Under the pieces are notes generated by a model that was not told where the DNA came from, did not search any database, and saw only the letters and a program-made list of their open reading frames with translations. From the sequence record ON286974: 64,000 bases of DNA. One strand, given 5' to 3'. Positions 55,220 through 63,806 of the stretch are shown one piece after another (positions within the stretch are counted from its first letter, which is position 1; each line of letters opens with the position of its first letter). The translations under genes were made by a program, and so were the position numbers. Origin of the DNA: Escherichia phage W115.

Positions 55220-58135
55220 ATGGCAGATTTAAGCAGAATCCAATTTAAACGCACTAGCACTAAAGGTCGTAAACCGGATGCTAGTACGATGAATCCGGGG
55301 GAATTGGCAATCAACCTTGCGGATCAATATCTTCTTACTAAAAATGATTCCGGTGATATTATCAATTTAAGTTGTCCTCCGGTGTATGACCGCGATGTTA
55401 CAATGGCGGGTAAGGTTAAAGGTAATAATTATATCTTAGGTAAAACCGCCAACTATCTGGAAGATCAGACAGCGCGAGATCTTAACTATTTTGGTGCTTT
55501 CCGTACCAATGGTCTTGATGGTTTTCTCGAACTCACGCTAAACGTTCCTCATTCTTCTGGTGTTCAGCATGGTCGAGGATTTACTTTCCAGTATGGACAC
55601 ACAGGAAACCGTGTAGAAACTTATGGTTATAATAAAGAAGGACAAAAAGCATTTAGTTATAAAATGTATCACGAAGGTGATAAACCAACTCCAGGAGAAT
55701 TGAACGTCTATAGCAAACAAGAAATTGACAGAATGTTTATTAAAAACGTTAAAATGTCTGTTCCTTCCGGTGACGCAACTCGTGGTTACTTTAAGATCGC
55801 GACCGCAATGATTCCGCAGAATGGTCGAATGGCATTTTTACGGATTTACGGCGGAAACGGATATAATGTTAACTCCTACGATCAGGTGGATTTCCTTGAA
55901 ATTGTGATTCGTGGTGGTAATAATAACCCTAAAGGTGTTAGTATTGCTGCATATCGTCGTAATTCTTTGAACGTCCATGAAGTATTTGCAATTAATACTT
56001 CCGGTGATAACTATGACATTTATGTTAACTATGGTCGTTACACCGATAACGTTATTGTAGAGTTTGGAAAAACTGTTGATGTTGCATTGACTGTTCATGA
56101 TGTTCCTGAATTTTCGGCGACTAAACCAGCAACCGGAACTAAATTTGATGCTCGTGTTATTACAATGTTCAACACCGAAAACAAAGCCGGAACGTTGATG
56201 TTTGATAATAACGGTCAAGGAACGTATGATATTATCAGCTTGAATAACTCGACTGATAGCAATAAAAAATATCTTCGTAAGTTTCGTAGCAAATCCGCAG
56301 AAACAATATGGCATGAAGTTGTCGAGGGTAGCGTATATCGTTTAGCTACGGGCGTTACTGATCAGTCAGACCAACTAAAAATTGATTTTAATGGGGTTAC
56401 TGTAAATCGTCTTTTCGTTAAGGGAAATAATGCTATCAGAATGGAGCGTAGAGACGGACAAAGTAATTACCTAGAATTTTATGATTATCGTTCCGGTGCT
56501 AACCGCCGTCAAGGTTATCTAGGATATGGTGACGGTACTACTAACACCGTACAGTTAGTAAATGAATTAACGGAAGGTACTAACTCATTACGACTGGATG
56601 ATACTGGTCAGGTTACGCTGTCAGTAGGCAAAACAAAAATTGTATATACCAACGGACAATATTATTCCGCTAACTCTGATGCATTCCGTATGATTTACGG
56701 CAATTATGGCGCATTCTGGCGAAATGATGGTCAAAAAGTATATTTGTTGTCTACTGCCGAAAATGATCGTTTTGGTGGATGGAACGGCAACCGACCATTC
56801 ATTTACGACCTGTCAACTGGTAAAGTTACTTTAGGTGGCGACGGTAACGAAGGCGCATTAGTTCTCGAAAGAGATAGCCGTGCGGCTAGATTTGCAGGTG
56901 ACATTTATGTCGGTAACGGGATGTTAACCTTTGATGCTGGGCGATTAAATTCTCGTGATTACTTCCGATTTAATCATTGGGGCGATAGCAATAACGCTCG
57001 TGATAACATCTTACAGCTTGACGATAGCAAGGGTGCTCATTTTACCACTGAACGTACTTTAGCAACTGGTGCAATTAAAACTAAATTCTTCGGTGATTTG
57101 GAATCTGCTGGTCAAATTAAATGGGGTAAAGGGACCGCCACATCTACGTTTAATATACGTGTGTGGGGTGCTGATGCTCGTAAACAGGTGTTTGAGTGTG
57201 CTGATGAAAGCGGTTGGCATTGGTATACCCAACGTCCGGGCGGTCCAGATACTTCTGCAATTGAGTTTGTCATCAATGGTACTGTTAAACCTCAAGCAAT
57301 CCACACTGGCGGTAATATCACGCTTAACGGTGCTGATATTGAATTTAAACGAAGCGGTAACAAGCATTTATGGTTTAGAGATCCGAACGGCTTAGAGTTG
57401 GGTCTGTTGTACTGCGATGATGCTGGTGTTATGCGTATTCGTGGGGAGAAATCGACCGAAGTATGGAAATTCTCAGCAAAACAGATTCATCTGGAAACTG
57501 GTACTGCCGGAAATGGTGTAGGCTTGCTTCGTGGTGCTGTAGGTGGTGGCGCATGGACTCAATGGCGAGATCGTGGCACTGGCTTGCAGGTTGATTGTCA
57601 GCAATCTGAAAACTCAGCGCATAACGTATGGAGAGCTACGCATCAAGGAAAATACCACATCGCGGCAATGGGTGTACACGTTCCTGGTGGTACTATCGGA
57701 AATGCTATGGTGCGTATTCACGTACACGATGCAACTTTTGACTTTAGCGCAACTGGTGATTTCCAAGCAGGTCGTAACGGTAATTTTAACGATGTGTACA
57801 TTCGTTCTGATGCTCGCCTGAAAATCAATAAGGAAGAGTATAAAGAGAATGCTACCGATAAAGTTAATCGCTTGACGGTATACACCTATGACAAGGTTAA
57901 ATCTTTAAGTGACCGTACTGTCATTGCTCATGAAGTTGGTATTATTGCTCAGGATCTTGAGAAAGAATTGCCAGAAGCAGTAAAAACCTCGAAGATCGGC
58001 GACGGTGATACACCAGAAGAGATCTTAACAATTTCTAACTCTGCTGTCAACGCTCTTTTAATTAAGGCGTTTCAGGAAATGAGCGAAGAATTGAAAGCCG
58101 TTAAAGCTGAACTAGCGGAACTTAAAAAGAATTAA
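55220..58135 (+). CDS. 37: long tail fibre distal subunit gp37 with C-terminal S74-type intramolecular chaperone domain
   Basis: 971 aa; N-terminus MADLSRIQFKRTSTKGRKPDAS...GELAINL matches T4 gp37; C-terminal ...YIRSDARLKINKEEY...AHEVGIIAQDLEKELPEAV... resembles the self-cleaving chaperone domain of endosialidase-type fibres. Confidence 0.85.
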   Translation: MADLSRIQFKRTSTKGRKPDASTMNPGELAINLADQYLLTKNDSGDIINLSCPPVYDRDVTMAGKVKGNNYILGKTANYLEDQTARDLNYFGAFRTNGLDGFLELTLNVPHSSGVQHGRGFTFQYGHTGNRVETYGYNKEGQKAFSYKMYHEGDKPTPGELNVYSKQEIDRMFIKNVKMSVPSGDATRGYFKIATAMIPQNGRMAFLRIYGGNGYNVNSYDQVDFLEIVIRGGNNNPKGVSIAAYRRNSLNVHEVFAINTSGDNYDIYVNYGRYTDNVIVEFGKTVDVALTVHDVPEFSATKPATGTKFDARVITMFNTENKAGTLMFDNNGQGTYDIISLNNSTDSNKKYLRKFRSKSAETIWHEVVEGSVYRLATGVTDQSDQLKIDFNGVTVNRLFVKGNNAIRMERRDGQSNYLEFYDYRSGANRRQGYLGYGDGTTNTVQLVNELTEGTNSLRLDDTGQVTLSVGKTKIVYTNGQYYSANSDAFRMIYGNYGAFWRNDGQKVYLLSTAENDRFGGWNGNRPFIYDLSTGKVTLGGDGNEGALVLERDSRAARFAGDIYVGNGMLTFDAGRLNSRDYFRFNHWGDSNNARDNILQLDDSKGAHFTTERTLATGAIKTKFFGDLESAGQIKWGKGTATSTFNIRVWGADARKQVFECADESGWHWYTQRPGGPDTSAIEFVINGTVKPQAIHTGGNITLNGADIEFKRSGNKHLWFRDPNGLELGLLYCDDAGVMRIRGEKSTEVWKFSAKQIHLETGTAGNGVGLLRGAVGGGAWTQWRDRGTGLQVDCQQSENSAHNVWRATHQGKYHIAAMGVHVPGGTIGNAMVRIHVHDATFDFSATGDFQAGRNGNFNDVYIRSDARLKINKEEYKENATDKVNRLTVYTYDKVKSLSDRTVIAHEVGIIAQDLEKELPEAVKTSKIGDGDTPEEILTISNSAVNALLIKAFQEMSEELKAVKAELAELKKN

Positions 58136-58177
58136 GGAAAAATCCCAGGGAAGGGAAACTACTAAGGAGAAACGGCT

Positions 58178-58417
58178 ATGGTCTATAATATCGTCATTGG
58201 TGCTTTGTCTAGTTTCGGAATGAAACTATTATCAAAGTTAATTAGTGAAAAGATGCTCACTAAAATTTTCTTCTACTGCGCTCGTCGTCTTGCGGCCTAT
58301 ACCAATACGCCAATTGATGATCGTTTTGTGGAAGAACTTTATAAGGAGTTTAATAAAGATCAATCAGAAGATAGCAACGAGCAAGATAAACCTAGTGATA
58401 GTCAAGTACCTAAATAA
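58178..58417 (+). CDS. small protein with N-terminal hydrophobic helix (79 aa)
   Basis: AAGGAGA RBS; sits where T4 has gene 38, but is too short and unlike gp38. Confidence 0.5.
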   Translation: MVYNIVIGALSSFGMKLLSKLISEKMLTKIFFYCARRLAAYTNTPIDDRFVEELYKEFNKDQSEDSNEQDKPSDSQVPK

Positions 58418-58450
58418 GAGTACACTGTCATAGTTATCTTAGGGCATTAT

Positions 58451-59107
58451 ATGCAAGTTTCTGAAAAAGAGAAAGACTTTGCTATCTCAAATGTCCTGCG
58501 CGCTATTTTCACAACTAAAAGCACGGAGTTGCTCGTACTTCGTGTTTTTGCTGCCGTCGTGTTGTCCATATTAGCATTTGTCGTTTATAGTAAAAACGAG
58601 TTATTTGCGCTTTATAAAGAGACTCGTTATGAGACTTATGCTCACGTTCTCCAGGTAGAGAAAGACCGCAATTTTGATAATGCAGCACAGGAGCAGTTAC
58701 AGATAGTTCATGTGTCGGCTGATGCCGATTTTTCTGCTGTTTTTAGTTTTCGTCCGAAAAACCTAAACTATTTTGTTGATTTGGTGGCATATGAAGGAAA
58801 GCTACCGCACACAATCGATGAAAAAAATTTAGGCGGATTCCCTATCAATAAAACGAGTGAAGAATATCGTAGGCATCTTTTAGGTAAATCATATTTTACC
58901 GATAAAGATTTCCAGTATATTCCATCAAGAGAAAAGAAATTAGAGAATATCGATATAGGTTTCATGTATTCTTGTCCTATATTCAATCTCGATAATGTCT
59001 ATTCTGGTAGTATCGCCATTGCATGGAGGAATAAACCAGATATTGACATTGAGAATTTAGATACTCTTTGCAATCAATCTGCCAGAATCCTCGGAAGGAT
59101 TAGATAA
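58451..59107 (+). CDS. t: holin T
   Basis: 218 aa; ...YETYAHVLQVEKDRNFDNAAQEQLQIVHVSADADFSAVFSFRPKNLNYFVDLVAYEGKLP... co-linear with T4 holin; one N-terminal TM segment. Confidence 0.9.
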   Translation: MQVSEKEKDFAISNVLRAIFTTKSTELLVLRVFAAVVLSILAFVVYSKNELFALYKETRYETYAHVLQVEKDRNFDNAAQEQLQIVHVSADADFSAVFSFRPKNLNYFVDLVAYEGKLPHTIDEKNLGGFPINKTSEEYRRHLLGKSYFTDKDFQYIPSREKKLENIDIGFMYSCPIFNLDNVYSGSIAIAWRNKPDIDIENLDTLCNQSARILGRIR

Positions 59108-59143
59108 CTTAAAAGGGGAAGCCTTTCGGCCTCCCCTTCTTTT
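59108..59143. terminator. bidirectional intrinsic terminator after holin t
   Basis: aggggaagcc-tttc-ggcctcccct hairpin plus TTTTTT. Confidence 0.65.
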
Positions 59144-59392
59144 TTATTGGCGCATAGAAGCCCCTGAATCACATTTTGACGCTGTATGATGAAAACATGT
59201 AGCGTACCAGTCATCGGCTTGTTTGTCTTCGTCAGAAAACGCGTAATTTCGTTGTATACCGTTTTCTACTTTGACCAGTGCGATAGCTGTTTCTGGAAGA
59301 TCAATCAATCGGACAAAATCGCCATCTTCCCATTCTACACGAGCAATATCATAGCCCATCTCAAAGTATACAATCGCTTGTTCTAATTTCAT
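59144..59392 (-). CDS. hypothetical protein (82 aa)
   Basis: Track ORF. Confidence 0.45.
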   Translation of the reverse strand: MKLEQAIVYFEMGYDIARVEWEDGDFVRLIDLPETAIALVKVENGIQRNYAFSDEDKQADDWYATCFHHTASKCDSGASMRQ

Positions 59393-59712
59393 TCTGGAAA
59401 CTTCCCGTAAACATTCTCTGCCAACTTACGTGCATCTTTTACAATATCTTTCATGTAATGGCTATAATTTTTAGCTAAATCAATGATGCAATCAACAAAG
59501 AAGTAATAGCGTCGCAGTGCTACCAGCTCAACATCTTCAAGATGACCATTTTCCCCAATCGCTGAAATATGTTTAAATTCCTTTCGGATCGCGTCCATCG
59601 CTACATTAACTTCTTTTATAATATCTTTCGTATTATATGCACCTCGACTAATCAAAATTTTGGTTAGGTCTTCTGCTTTTTCGTGAAAGTTGTCAATTTC
59701 AAACTCGATCAT
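59389..59712 (-). CDS. hypothetical protein, paralog of 59827..60159
   Basis: Trimmed to ATG with GAGAGGTGA RBS; C-terminus ...KDARKLAENVYGKFPE against ...DEARIMTENIFGKF. Confidence 0.5.
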   Translation of the reverse strand: MIEFEIDNFHEKAEDLTKILISRGAYNTKDIIKEVNVAMDAIRKEFKHISAIGENGHLEDVELVALRRYYFFVDCIIDLAKNYSHYMKDIVKDARKLAENVYGKFPE

Positions 59713-59826
59713 AATCACCTCTCATAATTTCACGCTGTTGTGTCAACATTTTTTCGTGGTTTGCTAATTCTATACATTGTAATAGCATAACCAGTGCAAT
59801 TTTCAATGATTCATCATCTTTCATAA

Positions 59827-60159
59827 TCAAAATTTACCGAAAATATTCTCTGTCATAATTCTTGCTTCGTCGATTATTTTCGTCATGTTCATGGTGTAGT
59901 TATGATCATTTAGTGCCTTAATGACAACGAGCAAGGAATCTAAAAACACTCGATACCGGGTATATTCTACGCTATTTGTGAATACCGATGTTTTCTCTAC
60001 TTTATCGATCAGATAGCCTAAAGCCGATAGCGCCTCGTTTACTTCCCTTGTTACTTTATCGGCGCTAAACAACACCGGATAAAGACGCGGTGTGATTAAC
60101 CGCGCTGCCTCTTTCAATTCGGTCGCTTTCCATGATTCATATTTGTCATAGTTAAACAT
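59827..60159 (-). CDS. hypothetical protein, paralog of 59389..59712
   Basis: 110 aa; AAGGAGA RBS. Confidence 0.5.
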   Translation of the reverse strand: MFNYDKYESWKATELKEAARLITPRLYPVLFSADKVTREVNEALSALGYLIDKVEKTSVFTNSVEYTRYRVFLDSLLVVIKALNDHNYTMNMTKIIDEARIMTENIFGKF

Positions 60160-60171
60160 TGTATAATCTCC

Positions 60172-60504
60172 TTACAGATGAAAACCTGTTACGATCACCG
60201 CATCGATCATACCGCTAGGAATAAACGGTTCGCCCTCTTTTATTTCAACTTTGAATTGATGCCATTTCGCTAATACTTCTTCCGGTACACCCAGCGATTC
60301 GGCGTCTGCTTTAGTTTCATCCATAATCCAACTAGGCTGCATGAGAGCATAGTTTACATAGTCCATTTCTGGGGTCATGTCATCAATGTTAATATATTTG
60401 CAGTTGACGCGTTTCAGAATTTCAAATTCTTTATTGTCAACCTGTACCATGTATAATTCAGTAGTTTCTGGAATCAGTTCCCACACAATCAGTACATTTT
60501 TCAT
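60172..60504 (-). CDS. hypothetical protein (110 aa)
   Basis: Track ORF; GAGGTGA RBS. Confidence 0.5.
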   Translation of the reverse strand: MKNVLIVWELIPETTELYMVQVDNKEFEILKRVNCKYINIDDMTPEMDYVNYALMQPSWIMDETKADAESLGVPEEVLAKWHQFKVEIKEGEPFIPSGMIDAVIVTGFHL

Positions 60505-60512
60505 AGTTCACC

Positions 60513-60881
60513 TCACTTAACAAAGATTTTCTTTAATGCTTTCAGGATCGTTGCTTCCGGCGCTTCTTCCGGTGGAGGAAGCAATTCTACCACTTCCTCT
60601 TCCAACTCGATATAGTCTACCAGATATTCTACATAGAATGCAAGTGCTTCCATGAAATTAGATGCTACATCCGATTCACCACAAGCGCCTACATGCATTG
60701 TATAAACATCACTGCGATCAAGTTTGTGGATGCTTCCCAGATAGTTTCGGTTATACCAGACTTCCCACACTTTCAGCTTTCCGGTTTTGGTTGCTGTTTT
60801 ATAATCGGTTTCGTAATGATGCAATTGACGTTGCAAATCATTGATAATAACACATTTTTCGTAATTGTTTTGAATTTCCAT
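60513..60881 (-). CDS. hypothetical protein (122 aa)
   Basis: Track ORF; GAGGA RBS. Confidence 0.5.
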   Translation of the reverse strand: MEIQNNYEKCVIINDLQRQLHHYETDYKTATKTGKLKVWEVWYNRNYLGSIHKLDRSDVYTMHVGACGESDVASNFMEALAFYVEYLVDYIELEEEVVELLPPPEEAPEATILKALKKIFVK

Positions 60882-60891
60882 GATGTAATCC

Positions 60892-61083
60892 TCACTTATC
60901 GTTAAGAAGTTCTAAAACTTTCTGTCGTACTTTGTCAATATTAGTTGATTCAAAAACTGTACGGTATCCCCAGCTTTGACCGTATGAGCGGTTGCAATCT
61001 CCATATCCCCATTGTTCAACCTGGTAGTATTCAAGGAATGGATGCTGCCGAACTATGATACCATCGCGATTAAAAATTACCAT
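60892..61083 (-). CDS. hypothetical protein (63 aa)
   Basis: Track ORF; GAGGA RBS. Confidence 0.45.
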   Translation of the reverse strand: MVIFNRDGIIVRQHPFLEYYQVEQWGYGDCNRSYGQSWGYRTVFESTNIDKVRQKVLELLNDK

Positions 61084-61106
61084 AATATAATCCTCACGTC
61101 AACAAC

Positions 61107-61400
61107 TTATTTTCGGTTGTGGTCGCGATATGTTTTAAAATATCCCTCGTACCACGGTAAAATATCTGGATTTTTACCACTATACAGACCTTTAACCATC
61201 ATGTCAATAAGGCCATCTGGTGTCTGATAGTTTCCAGCTTTTATAAGCTCTCTGATTAAAATCTCTCTGTATATGTCTTTCGGATCTTCGTAATCAACTT
61301 GTATTGTGGTTGTGGTTGTGGTCTCATTCAATTTGGTTTCTGGAGTATCTCGCATTGCATCCCACCAATCTTTTGTGACCTTCATGTTATTGAATTGCAT
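61107..61400 (-). CDS. hypothetical protein (97 aa)
   Basis: Track ORF; AAGAGGT RBS. Confidence 0.5.
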   Translation of the reverse strand: MQFNNMKVTKDWWDAMRDTPETKLNETTTTTTIQVDYEDPKDIYREILIRELIKAGNYQTPDGLIDMMVKGLYSGKNPDILPWYEGYFKTYRDHNRK

Positions 61401-61411
61401 AATTTAACCTC

Positions 61412-62170
61412 TTACTTGCAAACGTATTGATCTACATCAATTGCGCCACCGAATGTAGGATGACGTTTTTCAAATCGAATAGTTCCGTCGTTTGGTTCGA
61501 AAACGGAGTATTCATATAGATCTTTCTTGCCAACATTCTTATAAAACCCGCCTTTAGTCATAACGGTTTCTTGTACGTTTGCTTTGTGTACGTTGTATTC
61601 ATCAATGTATACAAAATCAACCATCTTCCCATTTTTAATGGTTACTTTAAGATCCCCTGGCTGGTTTCCATATTTTGCATACAGTGGAGCCTCTTTAATT
61701 TTGGTGGAAATTCCATCTTTCATACTCCACTCATAACGAACGGTGCATTGATAGGTAAAAGTTTCAACCTTCGGTTCTTCCACCACTTTTTCTTCCTGTT
61801 TCGGTTGTTCTTCGTCAACCTTCACGGAAGTCTCTGAATCGCTTTCTGACGCGGTCTCTTCTTTAGGTAATACATTCATCAAGTTTTGGATTTGAGCGTT
61901 GTATACAGCCTCCAGTGGCTGAATCTGCCCGATATTGATCATTGTATCACGAACAGTTTTATTCCAGTTGCGTTGCTCTTGTTTCAGAGACGGATCAATC
62001 TTAACAGCTTTAACATATACTTCATGAAGTTTAGAGTCCAGTGCGGAGATAGACTCATTAGAACAAATAAACTTCTCTGATTTGGTAGTAGCTTTAGCGC
62101 AATCAAAGGACGCAGCGTTAGCACCGAAAGCAGTAGCAGAAAGAACGATAGCAGCGATAATGTTTTTCAT
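61412..62170 (-). CDS. secreted protein with LprI-like (DUF1311, lysozyme-inhibitor-like) N-terminal domain
   Basis: 252 aa; signal peptide MKNIIAAIVLSATAFGANA; FDCAKATTKSEKFICSNESISALDSKLHEVY...EQRNW matches the DUF1311 pattern; acidic linker; Cys-containing C-terminal domain. Confidence 0.6.
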   Translation of the reverse strand: MKNIIAAIVLSATAFGANAASFDCAKATTKSEKFICSNESISALDSKLHEVYVKAVKIDPSLKQEQRNWNKTVRDTMINIGQIQPLEAVYNAQIQNLMNVLPKEETASESDSETSVKVDEEQPKQEEKVVEEPKVETFTYQCTVRYEWSMKDGISTKIKEAPLYAKYGNQPGDLKVTIKNGKMVDFVYIDEYNVHKANVQETVMTKGGFYKNVGKKDLYEYSVFEPNDGTIRFEKRHPTFGGAIDVDQYVCK

Positions 62171-62195
62171 AATATATTCCTCAGTGTTTTGTCTT

Positions 62196-62236
62196 GATGG
62201 GAGTATCTTACTACTCCCTTAATCCGGTGTCAACTA
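62196..62236 (-). promoter_or_regulatory. PeSL early promoter cassette 20
   Basis: TTGACA ... stem GGGAGTAGTAAGATACTCCC; leader. Confidence 0.55.
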
Positions 62237-62239
62237 TTT

Positions 62240-62395
62240 TTAAATTTCTTCTACAGTAAAGTCTTCAATGTTATTGTGCTCGGAGAACGTTGCCAGACCA
62301 GCATTCCATGCATCATCCTCAGAGAAGAATACACCGTAACGTTCATATCCTTTAGCGCCTTCAAATTTAACCATTAATTTGTGAGTATGTTTCAT
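62240..62395 (-). CDS. small hypothetical protein (51 aa)
   Basis: Track ORF trimmed of promoter read-through; real start MKHTHKLMVKF... Confidence 0.4.
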   Translation of the reverse strand: MKHTHKLMVKFEGAKGYERYGVFFSEDDAWNAGLATFSEHNNIEDFTVEEI

Positions 62396-62423
62396 TTTGA
62401 TTCTCCTTCGTTGTCTTGATGAG

Positions 62424-62458
62424 TTCATTGTAGGGGATCGCCGATCCCCTGTCAACAA
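62424..62458 (-). promoter_or_regulatory. PeSL early promoter cassette 21
   Basis: TTGACA - palindrome GGGGATCGGCGATCCCC - TACAAT; GGAGAATCAAA before ATG. Confidence 0.6.
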
Positions 62459-62465
62459 CTATTTT

Positions 62466-62678
62466 TTAATTTTTACCCGCTCGTGCATTAATACGCATTT
62501 TCTGAATAGCCATGATCTGGCTTACTGCTTCTTCTTTACGTTCTTGCGTGATAACGTGACCAGATTCCGCAAACTCTCCCGCAACTTCTTCTACGATCTC
62601 GCGAACTTGAGAACGTCCAAAGATGCGGTTTCCTTCGTAGCTCATAAACTCGGTTACTACTTGCTCGATAGATTTCAT
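62466..62678 (-). CDS. hypothetical protein (70 aa)
   Basis: Track ORF after PeSL 22. Confidence 0.5.
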   Translation of the reverse strand: MKSIEQVVTEFMSYEGNRIFGRSQVREIVEEVAGEFAESGHVITQERKEEAVSQIMAIQKMRINARAGKN

Positions 62679-62699
62679 GTGATTCTCCTTTCGTTTCGG

Positions 62700-62740
62700 T
62701 GTGGGAGTATGTTAATACTCCCATTTCTTTACGTCAACCA
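62700..62740 (-). promoter_or_regulatory. PeSL early promoter cassette 22
   Basis: TTGACG ... stem GGGAGTATTAACATACTCCC; GGAGAATCAC before ATG. Confidence 0.55.
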
Positions 62741-62744
62741 GTTT

Positions 62745-62987
62745 TTAGAAATTTTTCGCTTCTTCTTCGGTCATCATCACCGCGCATTCGTGCATAACTT
62801 TGAAAACCGGGTCAATCATATCGAATGCTTCGCTGGACAGTTTACGAGAAGCGATTTTGATTGCTTCAACGTCTTCTACTACAGGAACAAAAACAGTTTT
62901 CAGTTCGTCGAGCACGGCAGCTTCTTTTTCATTCAGGAAGATCCCAGCGTCGTACAGTGCAACTTCGATAACATTAACTTTAACCAT
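62745..62987 (-). CDS. hypothetical protein (80 aa)
   Basis: Trimmed to ATG (MVKVNVIEV...) with GGAGGAAAT RBS. Confidence 0.45.
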   Translation of the reverse strand: MVKVNVIEVALYDAGIFLNEKEAAVLDELKTVFVPVVEDVEAIKIASRKLSSEAFDMIDPVFKVMHECAVMMTEEEAKNF

Positions 62988-63017
62988 TTTTATTTCCTCC
63001 AGTTCGTTTCGGTATGG

Positions 63018-63053
63018 GAGTATAATACTACCGATGACCTTTGGCGTCAACTG
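63018..63053 (-). promoter_or_regulatory. PeSL-type early promoter 23 overlapping the 3' end of the upstream gene
   Basis: TTGACG-17-TATTAT; CCGAAACGAACTGGAGGAAAT leader. Confidence 0.45.
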
Positions 63054-63252
63054 CTTTTTTATTATTTTCGTGAAAATTTTTCGTCGCCTCATGTGCTTTT
63101 CGCTGGGCTTCTTGTTGTGCTTGCTGGCGTGCTGCCTCTTGTGAAGCCATAACGGAAGCATTTGCAGCAGTTACAGCCGCTACCATCGCTGCGGTATTAG
63201 CATTTACAGTACATGCACTAGCCAGCAAAGCAATTGCAATCATTTTCTTCAT
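63028..63252 (-). CDS. small secreted protein (74 aa) with signal peptide
   Basis: MKKMIAIALLASACTVNA signal-like N-terminus; AAAGGGGAA RBS. Confidence 0.45.
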   Translation of the reverse strand: MKKMIAIALLASACTVNANTAAMVAAVTAANASVMASQEAARQQAQQEAQRKAHEATKNFHENNKKAVDAKGHR

Positions 63253-63419
63253 AGTTTCCCCTTTAGGTTATCTTCGACCTTCACCCATTCCGCGTATTCT
63301 TGCGCGGCTACTTTTGGATTTAGTCCGTCTTCGTACATTGCTTCAAGTAATTCTTCGTCGGTGGGCTTATACCCTAGATAAGCCTTCACCTGATTTTTCC
63401 AAATTTTATACCAGTTCAT
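63249..63419 (-). CDS. small hypothetical protein
   Basis: Track ORF 63249..63488 trimmed to internal ATG (MNWYKIWKNQ...); start uncertain. Confidence 0.35.
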   Translation of the reverse strand: MNWYKIWKNQVKAYLGYKPTDEELLEAMYEDGLNPKVAAQEYAEWVKVEDNLKGKL

Positions 63420-63423
63420 ATTA

Positions 63424-63696
63424 TCACCAGTCAAGAGCGCGTGTCTCTGCGTCTTCCCATGCTTGATCCATAACAGCCTTGAAAACATATTCTAAAGTAT
63501 CATCTTTAGAGAATCCGAAGACCTTAGACGGAATATCTTCAATTGCTACTCCCGCGACTTCTGCATTACGCGCTTGGCAATAATGCAACTCTAAGTTATC
63601 GAGATAGCGACCGCCTAATTTCTCCATATCATCCCAGCATTTCCAGTAACCTACTTTATTTGCAATCGCTAACACCTTGCTGTTTTCGTTGTTCAT
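63424..63696 (-). CDS. hypothetical protein (90 aa)
   Basis: Trimmed to ATG (MNNENSKVLAI...) directly after PeSL 24. Confidence 0.45.
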   Translation of the reverse strand: MNNENSKVLAIANKVGYWKCWDDMEKLGGRYLDNLELHYCQARNAEVAGVAIEDIPSKVFGFSKDDTLEYVFKAVMDQAWEDAETRALDW

Positions 63697-63721
63697 CTTT
63701 GATTCTCCTTTTGTTTGGTAT

Positions 63722-63760
63722 GTGTGTATTATGCAATGATGGATTTGTGAAGTCAACAAC
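63722..63760 (-). promoter_or_regulatory. PeSL-type early promoter 24
   Basis: TTGACT ... TAATAC; CCAAACAAAAGGAGAATCAAAG before ATG. Confidence 0.5.
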
Positions 63761-63769
63761 TTTTTAAAA

Positions 63770-63806
63770 TAAAAAAGCCGACCACACGGATCGGCTTAAT
63801 AATCAG
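63770..63806 (-). terminator. intrinsic terminator
   Basis: agccgacc-acacgga-tcggct hairpin plus T-run on the minus strand. Confidence 0.5.

Noticed and set aside
48632-58135. Numerous antisense or alternative-frame ORFs inside gp34, gp35, gp36 and gp37 (for example 50593..51090, 55838..56314, 57059..57367)
   Set aside because: They are embedded in long, well-supported structural genes and lack start contexts; treated as non-coding frames
62397-63152. Plus-strand 251 aa ORF spanning several minus-strand small genes and promoters
   Set aside because: It reads through three PeSL promoters antisense to RBS-supported minus-strand genes; composition is Phe/Leu-rich from AT-rich antisense sequence
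63401-63440. TTGACT followed closely by GATAAT near 63420, resembling a promoter
   Set aside because: Spacing between the hexamers is only about 3 nt, so it is not a functional sigma70 promoter; the sequence is coding
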